Part shown: piece by piece, positions 1 to 9,561 of the stretch
Layout: each line of letters begins with the position of its first letter
Position numbering within the stretch: the first letter of the stretch is position 1
DNA from: an uncultured Eubacteriales bacterium
GTDB taxonomy: Bacteria; Bacillota; Clostridia; Oscillospirales; CAG-272
Length of the DNA stretch: 64,000 bases
NCBI GenBank assembly: GCA_934462825.1
Contig: CAKSIP010000004.1
Coordinates: 19,710-83,709 of the forward strand
Reading direction: 5' to 3'
Translations under genes and position numbers: made by a program
The notes under the pieces: generated by a model
What the model saw: the letters and a program-made list of their open reading frames with translations, nothing else
What the model was told of the DNA's origin: nothing
Database searches by the model: none

Positions 1-21
1 AGGATGCCGCAGAAAAGTCCG

Positions 22-63
22 AGGGGACGCTCAGGCCTCTCTATTGAAGCTTGAGCGTCCCCT
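22..63 (-). terminator. hairpin downstream of the 73-576 gene
   Basis: 12-bp stem AGGGGACGCTCA/TGAGCGTCCCCT with an 18-nt loop. On the minus strand it is followed by CGGACTTTTCTG. Confidence 0.45.
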
Positions 64-72
64 TTGGCACCT

Positions 73-576
73 TTATCGAATATCAATTTTGCCGCCCGAA
101 AAAACACTGAGCGCGCGCACGATTTCCTTGGTACACGGAAGCACAATGCAAACGTGCGGATTGTATCGTGCAATTAAGTTACCACGGATGCCGGAGGCAA
201 CAAATACGCGGGAAAGATAGATATAGCGTCCCTTAAACCAGCCTTTTTTGACCTCCGCTACGCCGAAATCACCGATCTCATCCCACGCAAGGGAGCAAAA
301 TTCTTCCTCTCCGAATGAACTCCGCGCCCCTTCAAATCCAATGCGATTCATCATAAGGGCGCTTTTCTTGTGCCGAATCAGCCAAAAAGCAAGGCCGGCA
401 AAGACCAACAAGGGCAGGAAAATGAGCAAAACGGCGCCTGCACTTTTCACAAAAAACAAGGCAACCAATGCGGCGAGCAAAAGTCCCCCGCCAACAGAAA
501 CAAGGAGCATGCTTAATTCGCAGGTGGTTCGCACACGAATCCCATTTCTTATATTGGACACATAAGACGGCATCAT
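73..576 (-). CDS. hypothetical membrane-anchored protein
   Basis: 167-aa ORF. It has two hydrophobic helices (LLVSVGGGLLLAALVALFFV, LLIFLPLLVFAGLAFWLI) followed by a soluble domain. It lies 9 nt downstream of tadA. No family recognised. Confidence 0.5.
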   Translation of the reverse strand: MMPSYVSNIRNGIRVRTTCELSMLLVSVGGGLLLAALVALFFVKSAGAVLLIFLPLLVFAGLAFWLIRHKKSALMMNRIGFEGARSSFGEEEFCSLAWDEIGDFGVAEVKKGWFKGRYIYLSRVFVASGIRGNLIARYNPHVCIVLPCTKEIVRALSVFSGGKIDIR

Positions 577-585
577 TTTTCCTCC

Positions 586-1128
586 TTACTTTTCCTCTTT
601 GACAGGCAGCGCCTTCAGGCTTCCGTTGTCAGCCTTTGTCTCCAGGCATTCCGCTTTTCTTCGGCTTTTCGCAAAAAAATTCTGCAACAAAGCCAAGCTT
701 TTTTCGGCCAGAACGCCACCCTCCATATCAGGGCGATGCCCAAGCGGATAGCAATTGAGATCCATCACGCTGCCAAAGGCGCCGGCACGCGGATCTTTGC
801 TTCCATATACAACGCGTCCGATTCGCGCATTCAGCACAGCGCCGGCGCACATCGGGCACGGCTCCAATGTAACAAACAGCTCACAGTCGGACAGGCGCCA
901 GCGCGCGAGCTTACGGCAAGCGGCTTCTATGACCAAAATTTCGGCATGCGCCGTAGCGCCACCGCCGTTTTCCCTTTGATTATGGGCGGCGGCCAACACC
1001 TGATCTTGGCAAACCAGCACGGCGCCCACCGGCACGTCTCCTTGCTTGGCGGCTTTTTCTGCCTCATCCAAAGCCAAAGACATATACTTTTCGCACCGAG
1101 GCAAATCTTTTATCGTACTCATATTCAC
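586..1128 (-). CDS. tadA: tRNA-specific adenosine deaminase
   Basis: Carries the cytidine/deoxycytidylate deaminase zinc motifs HAE (TAHAEILVIEAA) and PCPMCAGA. It has a 4-nt ATGA overlap with the upstream gene. Confidence 0.9.
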   Translation of the reverse strand: MNMSTIKDLPRCEKYMSLALDEAEKAAKQGDVPVGAVLVCQDQVLAAAHNQRENGGGATAHAEILVIEAACRKLARWRLSDCELFVTLEPCPMCAGAVLNARIGRVVYGSKDPRAGAFGSVMDLNCYPLGHRPDMEGGVLAEKSLALLQNFFAKSRRKAECLETKADNGSLKALPVKEEK

Positions 1129-2117
1129 AAAAGCAAAGAAACAATGCCTGAAACAACGGAATACAGCACAAACACGAAGGCCAAAGAGCCGACAAAATCA
1201 CGGGTGCGCACCGGCACGGTATAGGTCAACACTCCCCCGACACCGGGCTTTGGCAAACGTCCAAACAAACGGTAATCCTCCGAGGAGGGTTCCGCTTTGG
1301 TTCTTTGTGAACGGTAGGTGGCCGCCAAATAGGCAATACACACGATACCGATAGCAAAAATCACACACTCCACGACAAGCATCAGGCGATAGGCACTTTC
1401 CGGGGCAAAGCGCTCCGAAAGGGACTCCTGCAGAACCGAAACGGAATTGTTGATCATATGCAGTAAAGTCGATGGCCAAATGGAATCGGTCAACACGCAA
1501 ATGGTACCCATAATAATTCCCGCCACCAAGGTGTACAAAAACTGTGCCACATTGCCGTGCATCATACTAAACATCAGGCTACTAACCAAAATCGCCGCCG
1601 CGTTGCCATAGGGTCGCAGATTGGACAAGATCACGCCGCGGAACAAAAATTCTTCGCAAAAGGCGGGCACCAAGCCAATGGTAATAAAACGCAGAACGAA
1701 GCTATAGTCCTTCGCATATGCGGTTGCCTCCTGAAATATCGACGGGGTTTGCGGCAAGGATAGGGCCGACACCAACACAGAATTGATCCACGCAAACGAA
1801 AAGGCGCAGGTCATACCGGCAAAAATCAAGGCAAAATTGCGCCAAGAAAGACGGATTTGAAACGGAATCGGGCATGTTTTTCTTCGTTTGGAAATCTGAT
1901 AATAAAATCCGCCGGCCAGCATAAAGGCACCGAGATAGCAAACGTCATACAAAATCGAGCCTATCACTTCGGCCGTTCGTGTCGGAAGAAGCTCCGGCAA
2001 AAATTTTCCGATGACAACCGCTCCGGTCATCAGAACATAAAACAAAACGCTCCAAAAGAACATCGTACCGCCGACAGCGTTCAAAGTATAGCGGTATTGC
2101 TTTCGCATCCGTTCCAT
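1125..2117 (-). CDS. CPBP-family intramembrane glutamic endopeptidase (CAAX protease-like)
   Basis: 330-aa polytopic protein with the EExxxR motif (CEEFLFRGV) and the FxxxH motif (FSMMHG). Confidence 0.8.
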   Translation of the reverse strand: MERMRKQYRYTLNAVGGTMFFWSVLFYVLMTGAVVIGKFLPELLPTRTAEVIGSILYDVCYLGAFMLAGGFYYQISKRRKTCPIPFQIRLSWRNFALIFAGMTCAFSFAWINSVLVSALSLPQTPSIFQEATAYAKDYSFVLRFITIGLVPAFCEEFLFRGVILSNLRPYGNAAAILVSSLMFSMMHGNVAQFLYTLVAGIIMGTICVLTDSIWPSTLLHMINNSVSVLQESLSERFAPESAYRLMLVVECVIFAIGIVCIAYLAATYRSQRTKAEPSSEDYRLFGRLPKPGVGGVLTYTVPVRTRDFVGSLAFVFVLYSVVSGIVSLLL

Positions 2118-2201
2118 GAAACCAACCTCTCCCTTCTCTGATTCTTTACTTTTCCAATTATGGCATTAGTATAACATTTTTTCATTGTCTTTGTCAAGCA
2201 A

Positions 2202-2248
2202 AAAGGAACCGTTAAAAACTTCCGAACGAATTTTTTAACGGTTCCTTT
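2202..2248 (-). terminator. terminator after the MalK-type ATPase gene
   Basis: 17-bp perfect stem AAAGGAACCGTTAAAAA/TTTTTAACGGTTCCTTT, 20 nt downstream of the stop codon. Confidence 0.7.
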
Positions 2249-2267
2249 CACTATAGGCCTAAACCAA

Positions 2268-3383
2268 TCAGTGAATGATGCAACGCTCCGTGTCTTTATC
2301 AAAGATATGGATACGGCTGGTATCAAAAGCGATCTTGACCGTATCGCCTGCTTTGGACTGCGAACGGGAAGATACTCTCGAAATCAGGTTGCTCTCTCCT
2401 ATCTTGAGGTACAGATAGATTTCTGCGCCCATCAATTCGGTTACGTCTACATAGGCATCAAGAATACTGTCTTTATAAGTTTCAAGGTTCAGCGCATCGT
2501 CGTGCAGGCCTTCGGGACGAATGCCGAGAACGACTTCCTTGCCGATATAATCCTGGAGCTCCTCTGCCTTTGCCTTTTCGGGGCCGAGGTTGATCGTATA
2601 GTTTTCTTCAAAGCGGAACATCAAGTCCTCGCCCTTCTTTTCCAGGACGCCGTTGATGAAGTTCATCTGAGGCGTTCCGATAAATCCGGCCACGAAGATG
2701 TTGACGGGCTTATCATACAGCGTCTGAGGAGTATCTACCTGCTGAATCAATCCATCTTTCATAACGACGATACGGGTTGCCATGGTCATAGCCTCAACCT
2801 GGTCATGCGTTACGTACACAAAGGTGGTTTGCACTCTCTGATGCAGCTTTGTCAGCTCGGTTCTCATCGTTGCACGGAGCTTTGCGTCCAAGTTGGAAAG
2901 CGGCTCGTCAAGCAAGAACACCTTAGGGTTACGAACGATAGCACGTCCCAATGCAACACGCTGCTTCTGACCGCCGGACAAAGCCTTCGGCTTTCTGTCA
3001 AGAAGGTGGGAAATATCCAAAATTCTCGCAGCTTCTTCCACGCGGCGATTGATTTCTTCCTTCGGAGTTTTATTGAGCTTCAGACCGAATGCCATGTTTT
3101 CAAACACGGACATGTGCGGATACAAGGCGTAGTTCTGGAACACCATTGCAATCTTTCTGTCTTTCGGAGCTACATCGTTTGCCAGCTGATCTCCGATGAA
3201 CAGCTCGCCTTCGGAAATCTCCTCCAAGCCTGCGATCATACGGAGCGTTGTGGATTTTCCGCATCCGGAAGGGCCGACAAGCACGAGAAATTCTTTATCC
3301 TTGATTTCAAGGTTAAAATCCGAAACTGCGGTTACACCACCGGGATACTTTTTATAAATATGTCTGAGGGAAAGGCTTGCCAT
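2268..3383 (-). CDS. sugar ABC transporter ATP-binding protein (MalK/MsmK/UgpC type), orphan
   Basis: Walker A GPSGCGKST, signature LSGGQKQR, Walker B FLLDEPLSNLD, plus a C-terminal MalK-like regulatory domain. No adjacent permease. Confidence 0.9.
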   Translation of the reverse strand: MASLSLRHIYKKYPGGVTAVSDFNLEIKDKEFLVLVGPSGCGKSTTLRMIAGLEEISEGELFIGDQLANDVAPKDRKIAMVFQNYALYPHMSVFENMAFGLKLNKTPKEEINRRVEEAARILDISHLLDRKPKALSGGQKQRVALGRAIVRNPKVFLLDEPLSNLDAKLRATMRTELTKLHQRVQTTFVYVTHDQVEAMTMATRIVVMKDGLIQQVDTPQTLYDKPVNIFVAGFIGTPQMNFINGVLEKKGEDLMFRFEENYTINLGPEKAKAEELQDYIGKEVVLGIRPEGLHDDALNLETYKDSILDAYVDVTELMGAEIYLYLKIGESNLISRVSSRSQSKAGDTVKIAFDTSRIHIFDKDTERCIIH

Positions 3384-3587
3384 GGAATATCCTCCTTGAT
3401 TGTTCCGAATCGCGCGCGGCAGCTTCGGATCCTATAATTATTTACGCTATATATTGTATCAAATTTTCAGCCAAAATAAAAGAGTTTATTTTCCCAAAAT
3501 TTTATTGAAATATTTGTGCATATTTGCCAAATTAGTAGAATAAAATATGAATTCGGTTTGATTTTTTTCAGTGGCGATTTTAATTTA

Positions 3588-5789
3588 TTAACGCTGCTGG
3601 ATTCCCTTCATAGAAAGCGCAATCCGTTTTTTCTTCAAATCCACGCTAAGGACTTTGACCTTTACCACGTCGCCCACCGACACAACGTCCGAGGGGTGTT
3701 TAACGAATTTATCGGACAATTCCGAAATATGCACAAGGCCGTCCTGATGCACGCCGATGTCAACAAAAGCGCCGAAATCAATGACGTTCCGCACGGTTCC
3801 CTCCAGCAGCATGTCCGGTTTCAGATCCTCCATATCGAGAATATCATCCCGCAAAACCGGAGCCGGCAGGGCATCCCGAATATCACGTCCCGGTTTTTGC
3901 AATTCCGTCACAATATCAACAAGGGTCGGAACGCCGATTCCCAGCGCCGCGCAGACTTTTTCGGTTCCTTCCTTATGCACATCCGAAGTCAAGGAGGACA
4001 GGCGTCCGTTTTTTACATCCTCCTCGGTATAACCGAAACGCTTCAGCAAAGCCTTCGCCGCTTCATAGGATTCGGGGTGCACGCCGGTATTATCAAGAAT
4101 CTCTTGCGAGCCGGGCACTCGCAAAAATCCGGCGCACTGTTCGTAGGCCTTGGCGCCGATCCGCGGAACCTTCAGCACCTGCGCACGCGTTTGAAATTCT
4201 CCGTTTTCCTCCCGATACTTCACAATGTTTTTAGCCCCAACGGCGTTGATGCCGGAAATGTAAGACAAAAGAGAATGGGAGGCCGTATTCAGATCCACGC
4301 CGACGCTGTTTACGCAATCTTCCACCACGCCCGTAAGAGCGCCGTCAAGACGCGCCGGCTTCATATCATGCTGATATTGTCCCACGCCGATGGATTTCGG
4401 ATCAATCTTCACAAGCTCTGCCAGCGGATCCTGCAACCGGCGGGCAATCGACACAGCGGAGCGTTGCATGACGTCAAAATCGGGAAATTCCTCCGCCGCC
4501 AGCTTGGAAGCCGAGTAAATCGAAGCGCCCGCTTCACTGACCACAATATACTTACAGCCGGCCGTTGGAATCGTTTTCAGAAGGTCGGCAATGAAAATTT
4601 CACTTTCCTTGGACGCTGTGCCGTTGCCGATTGCCACCACATCCACCTTATAATTGAGTATCATTTTTTTCACCACACGTGTGGCTTCCTCAATCCGGGC
4701 GCGCGGCTTTGTCGGGTATATCACAGCGGTATCCAGCACCTTGCCCGTCTTATCCACTACGGCCAATTTACAGCCGTTTACATAGCCGGGATCAAAGCCA
4801 AGAACGGTTTTTCCTTTAATCGGCGCCTGCATGAGCAAATGCTTGAGGTTATCGGAAAACAGCTTGATAGCGCCCTCGGAAGCGGCGTCGAACAAATCAT
4901 TCCGAATCCCTCTTTCCACCGAAGGGGCGATCAAGCGCTCATAGGCGTCCACAACCGCGCTTTCCACAAAAGCCTTGGCCGGGCTGGCATGAGCCACGAT
5001 CACTTGGTTAAACAAAAAGTTCAGCACCATTTCCGGTTGGATCTCCACCGCCACCTTCAACAGTTCCTCTTTTTCGCCGCGGTTGATCGCCAGCACACGA
5101 TGTCCCGGAATTTTGCAAATCCGTTCCGAATAATCATAATACTGACTATAAACCGAGTCCTCGTCCTTCGCGTTCTTCACCGTAAGCATTCCATGCTCAA
5201 AGGTGATAGTACGGATTTCTTTACGAAATTCCGCATTGTCGGAAATGTTTTCCGCAATAATGTCGCAAGCGCCGGCAAAGGCCTCCTCCACGGTGGCAAC
5301 GCCTTTCGCGCTCTCGTCCGAATTTTGATCTGCGCCCTCATTCGCCGGCACAACATACGAGGCCGCCTGCACCGAAAGAGGGGGATCATAGCTTTCACGC
5401 TGTTCAAACAAAAGAATGGCCAAAGGCTCTAGGCCCTTTTCCCGCGCCACCGAGGCACGGGTTTTTCTATGGGGACGGAAGGGGCGATAGATGTCATCAA
5501 TTTCCGTCACGGTTTGCGCGGCATCAATGGCTTTTTCCAGCTCCGGTGTCAGCTTTTCCTGCGATGCGATCAGGTCTTTGACCTCCTGCTTTCTTTTTTC
5601 AATGTTGCGCAGAGCGGTCAGGCGATCGTCCAAATCACGCAAAACGGTATCGTCCAGGCTCCCGGTCACTTCCTTACGGTAACGGGCAATAAAAGGAATG
5701 GTGTTCCCTTCATCAATTAAAGCGACCGTCTTTTCCACCTGCTCCTGCTTTATATTAAATTCCTTGGCCAATGTTTCAATAATGTTCAT
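3588..5789 (-). CDS. tex: Tex-like transcription accessory protein (S1 RNA-binding)
   Basis: N-terminal [10 protein letters not shown] motif and a C-terminal S1 domain ([28 protein letters not shown]). Start trimmed from ORF-track 5864 to the ATG at 5789 ([11 protein letters not shown]). Confidence 0.9.
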   Translation of the reverse strand: MNIIETLAKEFNIKQEQVEKTVALIDEGNTIPFIARYRKEVTGSLDDTVLRDLDDRLTALRNIEKRKQEVKDLIASQEKLTPELEKAIDAAQTVTEIDDIYRPFRPHRKTRASVAREKGLEPLAILLFEQRESYDPPLSVQAASYVVPANEGADQNSDESAKGVATVEEAFAGACDIIAENISDNAEFRKEIRTITFEHGMLTVKNAKDEDSVYSQYYDYSERICKIPGHRVLAINRGEKEELLKVAVEIQPEMVLNFLFNQVIVAHASPAKAFVESAVVDAYERLIAPSVERGIRNDLFDAASEGAIKLFSDNLKHLLMQAPIKGKTVLGFDPGYVNGCKLAVVDKTGKVLDTAVIYPTKPRARIEEATRVVKKMILNYKVDVVAIGNGTASKESEIFIADLLKTIPTAGCKYIVVSEAGASIYSASKLAAEEFPDFDVMQRSAVSIARRLQDPLAELVKIDPKSIGVGQYQHDMKPARLDGALTGVVEDCVNSVGVDLNTASHSLLSYISGINAVGAKNIVKYREENGEFQTRAQVLKVPRIGAKAYEQCAGFLRVPGSQEILDNTGVHPESYEAAKALLKRFGYTEEDVKNGRLSSLTSDVHKEGTEKVCAALGIGVPTLVDIVTELQKPGRDIRDALPAPVLRDDILDMEDLKPDMLLEGTVRNVIDFGAFVDIGVHQDGLVHISELSDKFVKHPSDVVSVGDVVKVKVLSVDLKKKRIALSMKGIQQR

Positions 5790-5805
5790 TTTTCTTGTTC
5801 CTCTG

Positions 5806-6546
5806 TTATTTGTTTGATTTGTTTTCCTTAGTCGGACACAAGCACGCGTTTTCCAATGCGGCAATCTCCGTCTTTGTCAAAAAGCGCCACTGTCCGCGTT
5901 CCAAACGGGAATCCAGCGCAAGAGGGCCGAATGTAACCCGTTCCAGCGCCGTAACCTCATTGCCGACCGCACACAGCATTTTTTTGATTTGATGATATTT
6001 TCCCTCTGTCAAAGTAATGGTACCGCCAAGCGGAAGGATTTCCACCGAGCAGGGCTTGGTCACATAGCCGCCAATATCTACGCCCTTTTCAAGGCATTGC
6101 TTCATAGCTTCGGTAACAGGCTCTTTGGCATGAAAAACATACGTCTTACTAACATGCCGTTTGGGCGACAAAAGAAAATGCGCCATGGCCCCGTTATCGG
6201 TCAGAAGCATCAAGCCAACCGTGTTTTTATCCAATCGACCGCAGGGAAACAATCCGCGTTTTTGCAATTCCAAAGGCAAAAGCTCCAGCACCGTTTTTTC
6301 GCGTTCGTCATCCGTTGCGCTCACATACCCTTGGGGTTTGTTGAGCATCACATAGACGTATGGCGTGTACTGCAATTCCCTTCCGTCCAAAAAAATGTGA
6401 TCCTCCGTCGGGTTCACCTTGCAATCTGCCGCGGCCGCCGGGCATCCGTTCACCCAAACGCGCCCCGCACGCACGGCACGGCCGGCCTCAGTCCGGCTCA
6501 GGGAGCCGACTTGCGCCAAGAATTTATCCAATCTCATTTCCGCCAT
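5806..6546 (-). CDS. pseudouridine synthase, RsuA/RluB family
   Basis: S4 domain ([17 protein letters not shown]) and catalytic motif [14 protein letters not shown]. The ATG at 6546 follows a GAGGGGGAAGG Shine-Dalgarno (SD) sequence. The ORF-track start at 6591 is a TTG with no SD. Confidence 0.85.
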   Translation of the reverse strand: MAEMRLDKFLAQVGSLSRTEAGRAVRAGRVWVNGCPAAAADCKVNPTEDHIFLDGRELQYTPYVYVMLNKPQGYVSATDDEREKTVLELLPLELQKRGLFPCGRLDKNTVGLMLLTDNGAMAHFLLSPKRHVSKTYVFHAKEPVTEAMKQCLEKGVDIGGYVTKPCSVEILPLGGTITLTEGKYHQIKKMLCAVGNEVTALERVTFGPLALDSRLERGQWRFLTKTEIAALENACLCPTKENKSNK

Positions 6547-6648
6547 GCGCCTTCCCCCTCGTTTCCGTTTTTTCTTTGCAAGAATCGGCAAAGCACCCGC
6601 GTTATTGCAAGGTTCTTTCTCTTTGAATTTTCCTCTGCCGCAACTTTT

Positions 6649-6677
6649 ATTTTACCATACATACCTCTTTTTGTCAA
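6649..6677 (-). promoter_or_regulatory. sigma-A-type promoter TTGACA-17-TAAAAT upstream of the RsuA-like gene
   Basis: Read directly: reverse complement of 6672-6677 is TTGACA and of 6649-6654 is TAAAAT, with a 17-nt spacer. Confidence 0.65.
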
Positions 6678-6714
6678 CCAAAATCCATCGCCCGCCGAAA
6701 CAATCCCCCGTTTC

Positions 6715-7764
6715 TTAATGCAGCAGAAGGCGCACCAGCAAAAACGCAATTCCGCCGCAGCATGGGAAGGTTAAAATCCAAGCCGCAAGCATTTCGCGCA
6801 ACGATTGCCCATTCACACGCCGACCGCGTCGGCTACGCTCCCCAAGCGCTGCACCGATGACGGACGCCGTCGCCGTATGCGTCGTACTGACCGGGATTCC
6901 TCCCAGCGTTGCCGCCAGCATACAGCCTGTGGCTGCCATATCCGAGGCCAGCCCCGTGCAGGGCGTCAGGGTGACGGTTTTCATCCCCACACGACGGATA
7001 ATGCGATACCCGCCCACGCCCGTGCCGAGAGCTATCAAGGCCGCGATCATTCCCGTCATCCAGAGAGGAGAGTTTCCTTCTCCTCCTGCCGTAGGCGATG
7101 CCGACAACCAAAGCGAAAATGTCATAAGCCCCATAAACTTTTGACCGTCCTGCGCTCCGTGCATAAAGGCCATCGCACACGCTCCGACGATCTGCCCTTT
7201 GCGGAAAGTCTTGTCACGTTTTTCTTTTTTCAGATTCCGATACACAACGCCCAAAATTTTTGTGGCTCCGACACCGCACAAAATGCCAACCGGCAAGGAC
7301 AAAAAAAGACCGCCTATGGCAAGCCGCAAAGCCGTCATCGCTTCCGGTGTCACCTTCACGCCGCAGGCCAGCGCCGCTCCGACAATACCTGCGATCAAAG
7401 CATGGCTTTCGCTGGTGGGGATGCCGACCGTCCATGCCAATATCCCCCAAAGAATAATCGCCAACAGAGCGGCGCACAGAATGACAGGAGCATTGGGGTC
7501 ATATCCGATCAGCGAGGCTATATGAATGACGGAGCTTGCTACCGAATCGTTACACTGCTTCATGAGAAACGCACCGCAAAAATTAAAAAACGCCCCCAAA
7601 AGCATAGCGCGGGGCATCGAAAGCGCTTGCGTGGAAACGGCCGCTGTGATGGCGCCGGGAGCGTCTGTCCATCCGTTAACAAAAGCGGTTCCCGCAATGA
7701 GGAATGTCACCCAAAGCAGAGGTGGTGAAAGCGTCAGCTGTCGGACAAACTCCGAAAAAGGCAT
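6715..7764 (-). CDS. inorganic phosphate transporter, PiT family
   Basis: 349-aa polytopic protein. Carries the duplicated PiT signature (NGWTDAPGAITAAV and FMHGAQDGQKFMG). Confidence 0.85.
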   Translation of the reverse strand: MPFSEFVRQLTLSPPLLWVTFLIAGTAFVNGWTDAPGAITAAVSTQALSMPRAMLLGAFFNFCGAFLMKQCNDSVASSVIHIASLIGYDPNAPVILCAALLAIILWGILAWTVGIPTSESHALIAGIVGAALACGVKVTPEAMTALRLAIGGLFLSLPVGILCGVGATKILGVVYRNLKKEKRDKTFRKGQIVGACAMAFMHGAQDGQKFMGLMTFSLWLSASPTAGGEGNSPLWMTGMIAALIALGTGVGGYRIIRRVGMKTVTLTPCTGLASDMAATGCMLAATLGGIPVSTTHTATASVIGAALGERSRRGRRVNGQSLREMLAAWILTFPCCGGIAFLLVRLLLH

Positions 7765-7991
7765 TTTGCGTCCCTCCTGTCATCATTAGATTCAAAAGAG
7801 TTCACGCCCTGTCTTTTCTGCCTCATCTGCGTCTCGGCTTTTTTCGATGCGGCGAACAAGGAGGGCGTTGGGAAGCTCTTTTTTGTTATATGATTGCAGC
7901 AAGGGGATTTATGACATTGCCGGGGGATGAACGCACCAACGCGAAGAAGCTTCCATCAAAGATGTGCAAGCCCAGCGCAAATGCCGACATC

Positions 7992-8035
7992 GGCTTTAGG
8001 ATGCAGCGGCAAAATGCCGTTGAAATCCTAAAGCC
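7992..8035 (-). other. nested hairpin (11 bp + 8 bp) between the antiporter terminator and the PiT leader
   Basis: Outer stem GGCTTTAGGAT/ATCCTAAAGCC. Inner stem CAGCGGCA/TGCCGTTG with one G-U pair. Confidence 0.4.
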
Positions 8036-8060
8036 AAAGAAAGCGTCCGAGGTTACAAAA

Positions 8061-8104
8061 AGAGGGCTGTGAAAAACTCAGGATGAGTTTTTCACAGCCC
8101 TCTT
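8061..8104 (-). terminator. terminator after the cation:proton antiporter gene
   Basis: 20-bp perfect stem AGAGGGCTGTGAAAAACTCA/TGAGTTTTTCACAGCCCTCT with loop GGAT. Followed by TTTTGT on the minus strand. Confidence 0.75.
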
Positions 8105-8115
8105 TTGGCTAAATA

Positions 8116-9393
8116 TTATTCTTCATCCTCATCGGCGTCACTGATCGCTTGCACATCGGCCTTCGGGTGAATGTCCCCCGCCTTTGTCAAAGCGAGCTTG
8201 GTGCACAGCGGGCCAATCAATTCATAAATCAGCACGCCAAACAAAACAATATTGCGAACCATACTGCCATCCGCTCCAAGGCTTTGCACTGTCACAGACA
8301 TGCCAAGCGCCACGCCGGCCTGCGGGAGCAGGGTAACGCCCAAGTACTTCCGAATGTTTTCGTCACAATGAACCCAACCGGCGCTCCATCTGGCTCCGAA
8401 GTATTTTCCGGCCGAACGTGCGAGGATATAAGTGAGGCCGATAATGACAATGGTAACATCCGCAAACACATTCAATTCAAGCTCCGCGCCGCTGATTACG
8501 AAAAAGAGCATAAACAACGGTGCCGTCCACTTGTCCGTTTTCGCCATGATTTCATCCGAAAAATCGCACATATTGCAGAACACCGTTCCCAGCATCATGC
8601 AAACGAGAAGCGAGGAAAAGCCAATCTGAACCGGGCCGATAGCAAACTGCAATTTGGAAAGTGCCACGGTCAGGATCACAGCCGTCACAGCCAAGGAAAG
8701 GCGCTTGCTGTTGGAATGGAAGAACTTTTCCGCCATGGAGAAAAGAATCCCCATCACCGTGCCGAGAACCAGCGACAGCACAATTTCGGCCAAGGGGTTG
8801 ACAAGGATAGAAACCATGTCAACATTTCCGTTCAGCATCGCTTTGGCCACACCAAAAGAAATGGCAAAAATCACAAGTCCCACGGCATCATCGAGTGCAA
8901 CGATGGGCAAGAGCAGGTCTGTCAGCTTTCCTTCCGACTTGTACTGCCGCACCACCATCAAAGTGGCGGCCGGTGCAGTAGCCGACGCAATGGCTCCCAA
9001 AAGAATGGCCATCGGCAAGCTGAGCTTATCGCTGAAGGCGAAATGCAAAGCAATCAAAATCACGTCCACCGTCAGTGTAGCCACTACAGCCTGAACAATT
9101 CCGATCACCGTGGCCTGCTTTCCGGTCGTTTTCAGCTGAGACAAACGAAATTCGTTTCCGATGGAAAAAGCGATAAAGCCAAGGGCAACGTCGGAAATCA
9201 ATCCAAGCGCCTGTACCGAAGCCGCATCGACAAAACCAAGTCCTCCGATGCCAAGGCGTCCGAGAAAATAGGGGCCAACCAAAATGCCCGCCACCAAATA
9301 TCCGGTAACGGCCGGCAATTTCAACATCTTTGCCAAACGGGACACAAAAAGTCCCGCCGTCATGGCAATGGCTATCTCCAAAAGTGTTTGCAC
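8116..9393 (-). CDS. cation:proton antiporter (Na_H_Exchanger family)
   Basis: 425-aa protein with about 12 TM helices. The N-terminal LPAVTGYLVAGILVGP motif is typical of CPA transporters. Acidic C-terminal tail. Confidence 0.8.
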   Translation of the reverse strand: MQTLLEIAIAMTAGLFVSRLAKMLKLPAVTGYLVAGILVGPYFLGRLGIGGLGFVDAASVQALGLISDVALGFIAFSIGNEFRLSQLKTTGKQATVIGIVQAVVATLTVDVILIALHFAFSDKLSLPMAILLGAIASATAPAATLMVVRQYKSEGKLTDLLLPIVALDDAVGLVIFAISFGVAKAMLNGNVDMVSILVNPLAEIVLSLVLGTVMGILFSMAEKFFHSNSKRLSLAVTAVILTVALSKLQFAIGPVQIGFSSLLVCMMLGTVFCNMCDFSDEIMAKTDKWTAPLFMLFFVISGAELELNVFADVTIVIIGLTYILARSAGKYFGARWSAGWVHCDENIRKYLGVTLLPQAGVALGMSVTVQSLGADGSMVRNIVLFGVLIYELIGPLCTKLALTKAGDIHPKADVQAISDADEDEE

Positions 9394-9561
9394 AGAATTA
9401 CTCCTTTACCCCCGCGTCATAATCTTTGATACGGTTGATTTATCTTACTTATTATAAATCTTTTTTCTGTCTCTTGCAAGAGTTTTTTTCAACAAAATGC
9501 GGCATTCGGCAAAGAAAAACTTATCCAAAATCACATAAATTCCTGTTTTTTGCGGGAAAAC

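Noticed and set aside
3516-5432. Other long antisense ORFs: 3516-5432, 2271-3437, 8149-9429, 9922-11046, 18367-20154, 48366-50183, 50065-51939, 29348-31003, 37926-39020, 39411-40658.
   Set aside because: Each mirrors a minus-strand gene with strong family signatures (tex, ABC ATPase, antiporter, M20 hydrolase, BMP, hydA, hydB and others). Their products are His/Arg/Phe/Ile-rich with no recognisable motifs and no ribosome-binding sites.
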